Positions 1 to 11,640 of a stretch of 64,000 nt of DNA are shown piece after piece (the stretch's first letter is position 1; every line of letters starts with the position of its first letter). The notes beneath the pieces are model-generated. The model was not told the origin of the DNA. It did not search any database and was given only the letters and a program-made list of their open reading frames with translations. Position numbers and translations under genes: made by a program. The stretch is taken from assembly GCA_044892505.1 (NCBI GenBank), contig CM097883.1, positions 392,212,001 through 392,276,000 on the forward strand, given 5' to 3'. This DNA is from Schmidtea nova. Lineage: Eukaryota.

Positions 1-799
1 AACATGATTCAGGCTTGAGTTTTAAAATTAAAAATTAAATGCCTACTTAGACTGTTGAAGTAATATATTTGGAATTATGAAAATGACAGATACTTTAAGA
101 ATCAAATCTCTAAGAGTCTCTAAAATTAAAATTGATCAAAAAGATACGTTATATTAATTCAGTGTATTCCAAAATAGAAATATTCTATTAGACTCAATTT
201 ATAACTGAAATTTAATTTCACGATCTAATAATCAAAAAAAAATTTGGTCGAAATATCAAGAAAATTTACACTCATGAGATTGCAAGACCATTTTTAATAA
301 GAGCTCAATGCGTCCTAGATTTATTCATGTTTTAATTCAACAGTGCGTTGGTCTCATTGACGTAAGAGTAGTGTGTGTGTGTGTGTTTTTGAAAGATAAT
401 CTTTGTATAACATGCATAAAATGAAAAGAAATGTTAAAAAATGTTAATACTCATAAGGATGTTAAAAACTTAAATGAAATTAAAATAATAAATTTTATAA
501 GTAAAATAAATAAGTTCATTTATTAACAATTAAATTATCGAATTATTAAATGACTTGATTGTAAATTTCATTTTTAAGAATGATTGAAATTTTAAAATAT
601 AAAATATTTATCGTTTGTTTGCGCATGAATATTTCCTATTTAATTGTTAAATCATGCTTGCTTTAATATCCTAAAAAATAATAACATAATTGTTGAAACA
701 AGATATTAGTTGATTAAATAATATTGATTTTTGCAGTAGAATAAATTTTTGAATATTATCATAGACGTTAGGAATTTGACAAATAAGGAATCAGACAAA

Positions 800-1270
800 T
801 AATGATGAATTTGATGAATAGTTTTATCAATGTACCGGAAAAATTCGAATTTGAAGTCGATTTCGAAGATTTTATCAAAGACAGAAAGATTTTTCGAGTT
901 AATGTCGATAACGGAGGAATTCATAGGAAAATTTATAAAAGCTTTTAGATGAATTAAAGCAATTTTGAAGTATTAAGTCACCTCAGCGAGAAATAAAGTT
1001 ATTTGGATCGACTGAGACAAGCTTTCAAAAAGCCAATGAATTTGATGGATGACTTATGTTAAGTTCTAGAATGTCGACAGAAATTAGATTCCGCAGATAA
1101 TTTATGCAACAAATAGAAAAATTGTCAAAAAGAATTCTGAAACATTGAATAAATGAAGAAGAGATACAAAGATTTCTCATATTTAATACAGTGGAAGACC
1201 AAGATTTAAAAAAACGATCTATGTCACCAACTTCTAAACATGTGCACAAAGATATTTTTATAAAATTTCA
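800..1270 (+). pseudogene. Degenerate gag-like ORF remnant (LTR retrotransposon)
   Basis: Interrupted + frames MMNLMNSFINVPEKFEFEVDFEDFIKDRK... and MQQIEKLSKRILKH*INEEEIQRFLIF... loosely resemble a gypsy gag N-terminus; many stops. Confidence 0.3.
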
Positions 1271-1433
1271 TCCGTAATTTTCTATTCATACATACGAAAA
1301 AAATCTTTCAACAATAAAAAACCTTAATCGTGTTTTCTGTATTATAAAAAGCATGATGCAAGCAGTTAGAAAATTTTAATTTTATATATTTGATTCTTTT
1401 TCTCTCAGCTGGTGATATATATATAAGAATATA

Positions 1434-1768
1434 CAGTAATCCCTCTCATAACACGGTAGATTCGTTCCGCATTATAAGAAAACACATAGGAGTACTCCTG
1501 TATAACGCGCCCATAGGACCTCATATAACGAGCTACGTATAAAAGACCTACACAAGTTTTATAAAATAAGTTCATTTAATAACAATAAAATTGACATAAT
1601 GTACAAAGATATTACATACATGCGAAATCAATTATGAACTGTACAAATTATTATGTATCAATTTATTGTGCACAAAAATCCCCACGTTATATTTGGGATA
1701 AACGTCGTGTTTTTACGAGGGATATGAAATCGTGTTATAGTAGTACCGTGTTATATGAAAGATTACTG
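1434..1768. mobile_element. pogo/Tigger-like MITE
   Basis: Imperfect 24-bp TIRs: CAGTAATCCCTCTCATAACACGGT (left, preceded by TA) and the reverse complement of ACCGTGTTATATGAAAGATTACTG (right). Confidence 0.6.
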
Positions 1769-1920
1769 GTCACGCCCGCTTCATAAAATATTTAAAAACT
1801 AATTAAAATAAAGATTAAATAATTAACAGCGGGGCTTGATTGGTGTGAGAGATTGTGGGGCGAGCCTGGAAGCCTGAAGCCGTTAGACGGTTTTATTGAA
1901 ATCTATATAAATCTAATATG
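1767..1920 (+). ncRNA. Spliced-leader cassette copy 1: conserved upstream block + SL exon (1879-1920), no SL intron
   Basis: 1879-1920 GCCGTTAGACGGTTTTATTGAAATCTATATAAATCTAATATG is 42 nt, ends in ATG and differs at 3 positions from the planarian SL as recalled (GCCGTTAGACGGTCTTATCGAAATCTATATAAATCTTATATG). It is followed by CTTAA, not a GT donor. Confidence 0.8.
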
Positions 1921-2343
1921 CTTAAATGATTAGATGTAAATTGCTTTCAGGATGTTGCAATCTTTTATCAAGAAAAGGCTTATATACCGAAAGGTGATTT
2001 CTCATGAATCGTCGTGAAACTCTTATGTTGTTATACCGGGAATAAACGAAATTTTCCATGATTATAGAAAATAATTCTTAAAAATTGTGTGAAAATTGTT
2101 TGCGATTTTTGAATTAGTTTCACAGTCTTTGTGTAAAGTGTTTCTTACTTTTCAGTAACTACATTGTAAATATGATGGTTATTTGCAAATTTTTTAATAA
2201 TAATTTGTGTTTGAGATTCATCATTGAATATGATGTTTGTTCCAGATGGAGTTGATTGGAAAATCTCAGTGAACTTCAATTAAATATGAATAAGACTAAC
2301 GACAGTTATGTTACTGAAACCATGACAGCTTCTGATTCTCTAT

Positions 2344-2920
2344 TTGCCGAATATCAATTTTAATCTAGGTCCTATAGATGACGTTTTAGCTATTGAACTT
2401 GTCACTTCTATGGATCTTTCAAAGAAATATGAATATAAAGTAACTGGATTCCAGGTTAGTGATACAAAACGAATTTATTTACTAAAGATTCTCGATTTTC
2501 AAGATGTTTCGTATCAGTATCGTTCGGAAATACAGCTCTGTAAGGACACTGTCAATGCCATTTGGAATAATAAGATTCCAATGATTTTAAGCCAAGACTA
2601 TCAAAAAAGAATACAAAGGCATTCAACAACAGAACATGGAACGATTGGGGAATTATCTTGCTACAAATTTGTTAAATATCATATCAGAATCTAGATTACA
2701 AGAAAAACAATCAATGCTAATTTCCCACAAACGAATCACTGAGTTGCGTCGAAAGATGTTTCGGATGCTTTCGAAAATCTTTTCCGAATTGAAATTCTCA
2801 TCGAAATTTAATTTGCGGGCAGCCACAATCGAATTGGAAAATTATTTTATTAATAATATAAATCACAAATTAATTATTAATAAATTAATAACCGATTATT
2901 TTCAAATTCAAATTCACTGA
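2344..2920 (+). pseudogene. Frameshifted coding-like segment of unknown family (two overlapping ORFs)
   Basis: ORFs 2344-2694 and 2636-2920 have protein-like composition; possible acceptor TTTGTTCCAG near 2226. No recognisable domain. Confidence 0.35.
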
Positions 2921-4917
2921 TACGGGACTGTATTTGCTGGAAATTCCGGTACATTGGTATATTAATTCGGTGTATTTTAGTATTGTCGGGGGAATCTCTA
3001 ATCGTATCGTTCGAAAGTCAATTTTTTTCACAATGATATTGGTATCGGGTAAACATTGTATGCACGTAAGTAAAATGTCGTCAATATTTGCCCCTAAGCA
3101 CAAAATAATGAAACCGACAAGGTGATATTCAGTTGGCCAATTCGGGTGAATGCTGGTGAAATTTACTGACGGTCTGTCGCCTCCGAATATTTGTACTGGG
3201 GTCGTTGCCTCGCCGTTGATCCCAATGGAACAGAATATGAATACGTCATAGCCTGGTTTTGAAGTAAAAACAACAAGATAGCCCAGTGCGTATTCTGTTA
3301 TGGTATTATTGTAATTGCTCATGATGGAGCGTGGGAAAGCAATTGGGTTAGCATACATGAGTGTGGGGTTCACATCGTCCTGCCTTCCATAATGTTCTGG
3401 AATACAGGCAACCATATCATTTTCGAAAAAATCATACGTTTCAACTTGTGTTTGTTCCGATTTGACTTTTGTCACAAATCTACCTGTTTTCAAATTAAAA
3501 TTGCAAAAAATAAACAATTTTTAACTTCCAATTACGATTTTTATTTTGTTCAAAATTAGAAATTGATTTCCAACTTGATAGGAATAATTGCCCAGATAGC
3601 ATATTATACCCAGGCCAGCACCCGTTATCGTTATATTTTCCGGAATATATAATACATTTGGATTGGAATTGCTTAAGAAATAAAATATTATTAATAATTA
3701 ACAAAATGTAAAGTTATTGTTTCTAGACGCAATTAAATGCAAGTCTTCTTACGTAATCATTTATTTAAATAAAAACGACGATTTCAAATTTCACAAGTTT
3801 GTCGCTGAATATCTAAACAACTGAGGCATTTTTAATTCTAATATTAATGAGAATTCCTTACAATTGTCATAAAGGTACTCAAAATAAAGTTTGTAATTAG
3901 AACCAGCTCATATTTAGGGACTTCGGTATTTTTCTCGAAGTCCCGTGCTTTCATAGTTCTAGCAATTATTGGTACATATCATAAATACCGCTAAAATGTG
4001 AGTACCCGTAACAATCGTCAAGAATTAAAAAATAACCCCCGTAAAAAACACACGGATACATAGTCTGAGCTGTGCCTGGCCATATATTTGAAACATTTTA
4101 TGCCTAACTCAGGGTTGTTACAAGGGTAAATTTGTAAAAGTAACATAGAGAGTGTATATCCCAATGTATATGTTACAGTTAAAGCATCAACTTAGTTAAT
4201 GTAAACACCAACTAGCTAAAGTATACTTTAACTAAACTAATCAGAGAAATTATACACAAATAAATTTATGAATACTTCCATTCATTAACTAGTGAGTATA
4301 TACACCCACTGATTCGCATTAGTGATAGTATTAGTTGATAATTCGAACCTCAACATTTTAAAGACTTGTGCTAGTTGTGTCTACTGCAAATAGAAATCTT
4401 GCGAAATTTACGAAAAATATTATTAAAAAAACATTAATTTATTAATGATAGTTTCTCGTATTTCAGTGGTTTATTTATTATCCACTGTCATAAATGATAG
4501 ATATTTTTTGTTTTTATTTTAATTTAAAAGAAAATACAGACTTATAGCCTAGTTGTTTCATAGTTTTCTAAAATAATATATCTATTTTCGTAAAAAACGA
4601 TTTTCATGATATTTTTATCCGAGAAACTATCATTAATAAATTAATGTTTTTTTAATAATATTTTTCGTAAATTTCGCAAGATTTCTATTTGCAGTAGACA
4701 CAACTAGCACAAGTCTTTAAAATGTTGAGGTTCGAATTATCAACTAATACTATCACTAATGCGAATCAGTGGGTGTATACACTCACTAGTTAATGAATGC
4801 ATTGACTAGATACAGTATGTATCATTTGAAATAATGTATACTTTTACTAAAACAACAATTGAAAGCATGCATCAGCTAGTTAGTGTATACCCTCACTGCA
4901 ATTTATGCTTTGACTGT

Positions 4918-4993
<76 letters not shown>

Positions 4994-7900
4994 ACGGTAA
5001 ATGTATACACATTTACCTGTATATACATTTACCTGGTAATGTACATTTACCGTAACATTAAGAATTATGATAATAACACCAGCTCCAGTAGGTTCCGTTG
5101 AAAGCAAATTTTCTAAATTAAAATTCAATAAAAATACTTTAATATAAAGTTTGGAACAAGAAAGGTCAAAAAGAGTAACTACGTCATCAAGAGAACATAA
5201 AGTATCAAAAGAAATTAATTTTGATGATGTGATTAAGCAATTAGTTGCAAAACAAGTTTTCGGTAATAACTAGAGATACAAAAATATTATGTATCTTATG
5301 TGTTTTAAAAAATTAAAAATATAATTAGAAATACAAAAGAAATGTATGTTTTATTATATTACAGAAATAAATTTGATTAAATAATTAATAAAACTATATT
5401 CATGCATGATTTCTTCCTTTTTTCGGGAGCCACGCACAAACTATTTTTCAGAAGCCCTGANNNNNNNNNNNNNNNNNNNNNNNNNNNNNNNNNNNNNNNN
5501 NNNNNNNNNNNNNNNNNNNNNNNNNNNNNNNNNNNNNNNNNNNNNNNNNNNNNNNNNNNNNNNNNNNNNNNNNNNNNNNNNNNNNNNNNNNNNNNNNNNN
5601 NNNNNNNNNNNNNNNNNNNNNNNNNNNAACTTGGACAAACTTGTTCAAATCTGAAAGTTTTCAATTTTTAGTCTTTCGGTCTGATTTCTTTTTTATTAGA
5701 TTCTTCAACATGTTTTTTTGTGTTTTGTCTTTAAGTTGTCAATAAAATGTTTATTTTTGAATTATAGAATAAAATCGCAACGTGCAACAAATATCCTGGG
5801 TTTGACATTCGGGTTCAATCATTCCTTAGATTATTGGACTTCGACATCAAAGCTTTCATTTGGCCTAACAACCTTGCTTCCTGACGGCGTTTTTGACGAG
5901 CCCTGGCCACTTTGCTCGGCTTATATTTCTTTAGGGGAAGAGGAACTAAGTTTACTGGATTCTTATAATTGTTAAATTCTCGTTTGCTTCATTTAATGGA
6001 GAAAAATTTTGTTAAAAATACAACTTTGGTGAAATATTTTCTCATCTATCATTTGTTTCAACGGGTTTTCGATTCTTCCTTGACGGCCACGCGCTGGGCA
6101 GACTACAACACTAAACATAAGCCGGAAAGGGAGAAATAGTGATCGGGCACAGGGAGCACAGGTAAGGGCAGGGAGGAAGAGGGTAGGCTAGTAAGTAAGT
6201 AAGGTATTAGTGCAATAGTCTTACTCAACTAGGTAAGTAATCTTAATCTTAGTAGGGTACCTAACACACAACAGAGAAATAAGACAATCTAGAAGAGCAC
6301 ACAGCACGAAGAAAAAATTTTCGGCTTTAATGATTTTGATTAATACAAAAAACGTAGATTAAAATTAAATAGATACATATATTTGGAGTATTCTTCCGTC
6401 TTTAATTCTAAAAGATGTTATTTTATAAAATTAATAAAGATTTTAAAAAGTTTATTATCCTTTATCAACTTAGATTATTACCTTTTATAATTTCATAAAA
6501 AATAAATCTTTACTAAGTTTCACTTACAATGGATTTCCTAATATATTGCCAAAGTCGTCCAAGCGTAGAAGAGCAATATATGTTTTAGGAATTGAATAGG
6601 AGTCCACAATGGCTGCAGAGTTATTTCCACTTGTCGTGCAGGTAATCATTTCGCCAGCATCATACGTATTGGGGGGTATTCTAGGCAAACCGTTGGTATA
6701 ACAAAAGGTATTGGACGTTATTTTATCTGCAAGTTAAAAATATTTGGCAATGAAGTATTAAGGCATCTATTACCTGCAACGTACATGTCGATGAATTTAG
6801 ATTTCGACCCTTGACGCTGGCATTCTCCGTGTATTTTGGTTCCGACCCCAGCAGTATTTGGAGTGATAATTTTAATTATTAAAACATTGTTTAAATTTTC
6901 TACTAAATCTGCGCCAGAACTAACGGCCCATTGTGGAGTTATCTCCTTGCAATTGGAAACGCAAGTTATATTTTGAGTTGGGTATACAAGATGTGTTTGT
7001 GATACCTTGCTACCTCTGAGGGATTCAACGCCCATAATTTGCAGCTGAGGAACATCTGTAGAAATTATAAAATATTCACAATTTTTAATTTTAATCCCAA
7101 TTTAGTTTTATGTTACAAAATATCAAGTTTTGTTTGTTGTACTCTGATTCTTTGAATACTAAAAACTTAAATTATAATACAATTCTCCGAAACTATAGAT
7201 CAAATTTTTGTTATATTGATACACGATATTTCGGCACAGCCTTTATCAAGAAATGAACACTTGATAAAGTATGTGCCAAAATATCATGTAATTAACAACC
7301 AAATAAAATTTGATTTATAGTCTTACAAAAATTAATATGAAAATTATTGAATTAAAAATGAGACCAAAGATGAAAACAAAAAATAATTATGATTTCACTT
7401 TCAATAATAAAGTCAATTGTCAAATGAGATTTCGAATTCTTCATAGTTTTATTACATCTTTTAGTACTGGGTATTTGTATTGTCAAGAAAACATATTTAA
7501 CCGGACTTACTAAAGATAAAGGGTCTAAAGGGCACATTCTAACCTTCATGTTTTTTAAAAGGAATAGATAATATATTGTTGCCCCCTAATAAAAAGGTAG
7601 ATTTTTAAGATTATTCGGTTAAATTTATAGATGGAAATCGCGGATAGGACACCTTAATTGATGTCAATTAACCTAAATCTGTTTACAACGTGTATTATTA
7701 AATATTATTTAAATAAAATATTTAAATTGAATATAAAATACTCTTTAAATATACTGTTGCATGTGGACAAATGGAATTTATCTATTAACCATAATCCGTC
7801 CCTCGGGTTTGTTTCTACCCAAAAAAGAATCTTTTTATGGAATTTTTGTNNNNNNNNNNNNNNNNNNNNNNNNNNNNNNNNNNNNNNNNNNNNNNNNNNN

Positions 7901-8525
7901 NNNNNNNNNNNNNNNNNNNNNNNNNNNNNNNNNNNNNNNNNNNNNNNNNNNNNNNNNNNNNNNNNNNNNNNNNNNNNNNNNNNNNNNNNNNNNNNNNNNN
8001 NNNNNNNNNNNNNNNNNNNNNNNNNNNNNNNNNNNNNNNNNNNNNNNNNNNNNNNNNNNNNNNNNNNNNNNNAAAATATAAAATATATTTTTTAATATAA
8101 ATTCATATTTGGGTCTTTTTTGACCCAGGGGACTTTTGTGTTATTTACTTTGAGGTACAAATGAAGGTTTAAAAAATAAAAAAAATTACCTTCATTTGCA
8201 AATTCCATTTGAGCATCGGAACACTGGACTACATAAACTTCATCATCGGCAAGATTCGCATATGTACTGAATTGTATAGATTTCGTTTCCGGACATGCAT
8301 AACTTGGTCTTTTGTCTATCCATCCATTAAAGGATAAGCATTTGGTCAGTATATATGCTGATGAAGTCGTAGACTTGGCAATTTGTATGATAAATGAATT
8401 AATTGGAGAACTTTCGTGATACACACAGTGAGTATACGTTTCACCAGGTTTCAATGAGAATTTTGGAACAGCGCACGTTCCGTCAAGGCAAAGTTTGATA
8501 TCATAAACACTTGTTACCAAACGAT
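2885..8525 (-). CDS. Multi-exon gene encoding about 5 divergent Ig-like (Cys-pair) repeats; 5' exon(s) not located
   Basis: Exons 8525-8190, 7055-6774, 6726-6528, 3671-3526 and 3483-2885 join with GT..AG introns in compatible phases (1,1,2,1). They give an uninterrupted 1562-nt frame (about 520 aa) ending KIIGY*. Confidence 0.75.
4171..4921. mobile_element. Foldback element with TGTTAC...GTAACA ends and 180-bp inverted arms
   Basis: Arms 4279-4458 and 4620-4799 are reverse complements (1 mismatch seen). Outer ends are TGTTACAGTTAAAGCAT / ATGCTTTGACTGTAACA; the element abuts (TA)n. Confidence 0.8.
4921..4990. repeat. (TA)n microsatellite
   Basis: Perfect dinucleotide run. Other (TA)n runs at about 17990-18044, 46325-46376 and 53392-53448. 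Confidence 0.98.
4990..5057. mobile_element. 68-bp micro-element with perfect 16-bp TIRs
   Basis: TGTTACGGTAAATGTA ... TACATTTACCGTAACA; interior made of ACATTTACC repeats. Confidence 0.7.
5079..5270 (+). mobile_element. hAT transposase C-terminal dimerisation-domain remnant
   Basis: Translates PAPVGSVESKFSKLK...SLEQER...EINFDDVIKQL, matching the hAT ERSFS/QERL/FDDVI pattern. Confidence 0.7.
5461..5627. other. Assembly gap (N-run); other gaps at about 7850-8072, 16882-17043, 20260-20541, 62543-62670
   Basis: Runs of n in the sequence. Confidence 0.99.
7219..7290. ncRNA. Inverted (divergent) pair of U3-A8 variant minimal hammerhead-like motifs
   Basis: Minus 7250-7219: C-TTGATAA-A-GGC-tgt-GCC-GAAA-TAT-C-GTGTAT. 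Plus 7256-7290 is a decayed copy: ACAC-TTGATAA-A-GTATGTGCC-AAAA-TAT-C-ATGTA. Confidence 0.55.
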
Positions 8526-10081
8526 CTAGAATAATTGATGAGAAGATTTTAGATAAAAGATATTTTTTTATAAATTTATTTGATTTAAGTGACAAATTAC
8601 AAAAAGTATTTATTGAACACTAAAACTCATTTTGACTGGTTAAATATTTTAAACGGGTCCATGCTATTTAAAGAAAGCACATTTAAAGGATAAATAAAAA
8701 TTTAATTATTAACATTATCGTCTCTGTTTTTATATGAATCCATATATATATATATGACAGAATTAATCATTAATCTATTTTGTTGGGCTTTAGTTTTAGG
8801 TATAGAATTTCCCAGGTAGTTCTACTGTCAAAATTAAAATTAAATTATTTCTGTAAAAATTTGCGTTTATGTTTTCAACATGACTATTTGCATGACTACG
8901 CAAAGTTGAATATTAAATCCAGATCAGATAGAAATTAATGTCTTATTTCAAACAGTTCATTATGTATTTTGGGCTTATCACGCATTGGAACTTGTCAATT
9001 AAATTCAGAAGCACAAAACAAATTCATAAAATTTTTTCAGTAAAATTAATAATGAAAAACTAAACTGGTTTTCATTTGTTATTTTTGGGCTGATAGAAGT
9101 GGAATTTTTGATTGTTTTAATGCGTTGAAAATGCAAACGCACTTCAATAAGTAAATTCAAAATCCAAGAAAACACTAAATCACACAAAATAAAAGCAGTA
9201 CAAGAAAATCAGTACAAGAAAATCAGTAAACATGATTAATTAAATTATCAGAATTTGAAAGATCACAAGCACTTCAGAGTAGGCATGCAAATCGTATTTT
9301 ATAAGTCTTTCAGGATAGAGAAAATGATAAAAAAGAAATATCTCAAAAGAGAGCATATAATTTGATTGTAAGTTGAATTTACATATGAAGGGCCGCATGA
9401 AATCGGATGAGGAAAGATAATTGCTATTATAAAAATATAAAAGGCATGATCAAGAATAAAAAATATTACCAAAATGAAGAGAATAACTAATTAAAGTTAT
9501 AGTAAAAAAGCCATTGAAATATCGTTAAAATAACAGAGATATGACTCAAAACATATTTAGAATAAATTGAAAAGTTTTAAGCTATCAATTAACTCGCGCA
9601 AAACGGCATTATGATGAATATGCACGTAATTTCAGTGAATTAATTAAAAATTAACTTTATCGAGAGAAAACTATATTATTCATTTTAGTGAGTAAGTATA
9701 CACAATAAACTCTAACATTTTCTTATTAATTAACATTGTGAACAGAAAACGTGACCATAGCATTTTAAAACAGTATCAATACGACACTGAAAATCATTAA
9801 ATCAACTCTTCATTTGTCGGCCAACTTATTTTCATTTTGTATTTTCAGATCGCTGTGCTAATTTTTAATTTAATTTTTATTGCTATTCAGGAAACAATAG
9901 TTATGAATTTTGAATTGTTTAGTTATAATTTTAAAACTTCATTTGTGTGCAATAAATATTCTAATTTATTCGTAGTTTTTGTTTATTTTGTTTAATCATA
10001 TTAATTATTTTATGCTCTAGCTTAGATGGTTTCCCTATTTTAGAAGTGGTAAATTGAACATAAATAAGATTGAATCTTTTT

Positions 10082-10127
10082 TGGTGTCAGAAGTGGGATT
10101 TGAACTCACGCCTTCGTTCGGAGATCT
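10082..10127 (-). tRNA. tRNA-Leu 3'-half fragment including CCA (extended primer-binding site; not a tRNA gene)
   Basis: TGGTGTCAGAAGTGGGATTTGAACTCACGCCTTCGTTCGGAGATCT is the reverse complement of a class-II tRNA-Leu variable arm + T-arm + acceptor 3' strand + CCA. Confidence 0.75.
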
Positions 10128-10135
10128 AAATCTCC

Positions 10136-11640
10136 ATGGTCTTCACCTTTACATCTAGTCCCAAAAAAGACGGTGCTTTTCGTCCTTGCGGGGACTATCG
10201 AAATCTTAACACTATTCCCGTACATTATTCGTACAGCACGCCATTATTCGGTGATATTCTTCACCATTTGACAGGTGCCAAAATCTTTTCCGCAATCGAT
10301 CTTGTTAAAGCATATCACCAAATTCTTTTGAGGGAGTCTGACATCGAGAAAACAGCCATATTGACTCCAATCGGCCTGTTTGAATACGTCTGCATGACAT
10401 TTGGTCTTCGCAACTCTGCACAGACATTTCAAAGGTACATTGACGAAGTTTTGATGGATTTGCCTTTTGCAATTCCATACATAGACGACATTCTCATAAG
10501 GTCTATTGACATAGTGACACATAAACTACATTTAAATATGACCTTAAAGACACTAAATAAAAATAAACTTAAAATCAACACCGAAAAATGCATTTTCTTT
10601 CAACAAGAAGTTCGTTTCTTAGGTCAATTAATTTCCGAAACTGCAATTTGACCTCCTCTAGATAGACTTGAGACAATTTCCAATTTCCCACTAACGAAAA
10701 CCGTATCTCAATTAAGGATATTACTTGGAACAATTAATTATTGTCATCGTTTCATCTCAAGGGTCTCCGACATCTTATCACCTTTATCTGGTTTAGTTTC
10801 TAAACTAAAAAAATCTCTTGTTGCTTTACAATCATTCGAAAACGCGAAACAAACTCTTTCTAGCATTCAAAGCCTCGACTTTCCTAAAAAAAGATTTGCT
10901 TTTGAATTTAACTACTGACCTTCTAACGTAGCTATTGGCGCAGTTTTACATCAAATAAATAACAAAGTTTCGGAACCATTAGAGTTCTTTTCCAAAGAAT
11001 TATCCTCTACCCAACAGAAATATTCCGCTTTAGATTGAGAACTTCTTGGTATTTTTCTCTCGGTCTAGCACTTCAAACACTTGCTTGAATGTCGATCTTT
11101 TACAATTTTCACTGATCACAAACCTTTAACTTATTTTTTTAAAATGAAAGACCCATCTCCTCGACATAAGAAACAAATCAGTTATATCTCCGAATTTTTT
11201 GGCGAGACATGCCACATTACGGGCAAAGAAAACGTCATTACTAATTGTTTTTCACATAGCACTAATGCTGTTTTTCATGATCCAATGTTTTCATTAAACG
11301 ATCTTAGTGAAAATCAATCTTTAGCTAAAGATATAGCTTCAATAGGCGACAACCACGAAATCGTTGATGGAATTCACTTTGATTCATCTTTATCAGGTGT
11401 TTTGCGGCCAATTTTACACGATTCATTACGCAAAATAGGTTTCCATTCGGTACACGATTTACATCACCCAGGTTCTTCTGCCACTTTTAATCTTTTGCAT
11501 TCGTAAGTTATTTGGCCAGCCATGAGACATGATGTGAAACTTTGGGTAAGTTAGTGTATTTGCTGTCAACAGCACATGATAACTAGACACACCAAACCAC
11601 CTATTATAAATTATCCAACTGGGAATGGGTTTGATGAGTG
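10136..11640 (+). mobile_element. Ty3/gypsy pol remnant (RT, RNase H, integrase zinc-binding start), gag/protease deleted
   Basis: KKDGAFRPCGDYRNLN, IDLVKAYHQI, MTFGLRNSAQTFQR, YIDDILI (RT); TDHKPL (RNase H); HDLHHPG and a CxxC-like remnant (integrase). Stops and frameshifts. Confidence 0.95.

Noticed and set aside
1945-1975. Possible fourth UUGAUAA hammerhead on the minus strand
   Set aside because: Stem II is bulged, and no stem I or palindromic stem III forms.
2885-3517. ORFs 2885-3517, 6718-7035 and 8092-8595 as endogenous viral genes
   Set aside because: They carry spliceosomal donor and acceptor sites and join into one host-type gene.
4834-5128. ORFs with YIYIYI runs
   Set aside because: Translations of the (TA)n microsatellite.
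5377-5671. ORFs spanning N-runs (also 7658-8100, 16833-17094, 20235-20612)
   Set aside because: Open only because they cross assembly gaps.
6718-6730. Apparent frameshift/stop at the end of ORF 6718-7035
   Set aside because: Explained by a 47-nt GT-AG intron (6773-6727); the gene is in frame.
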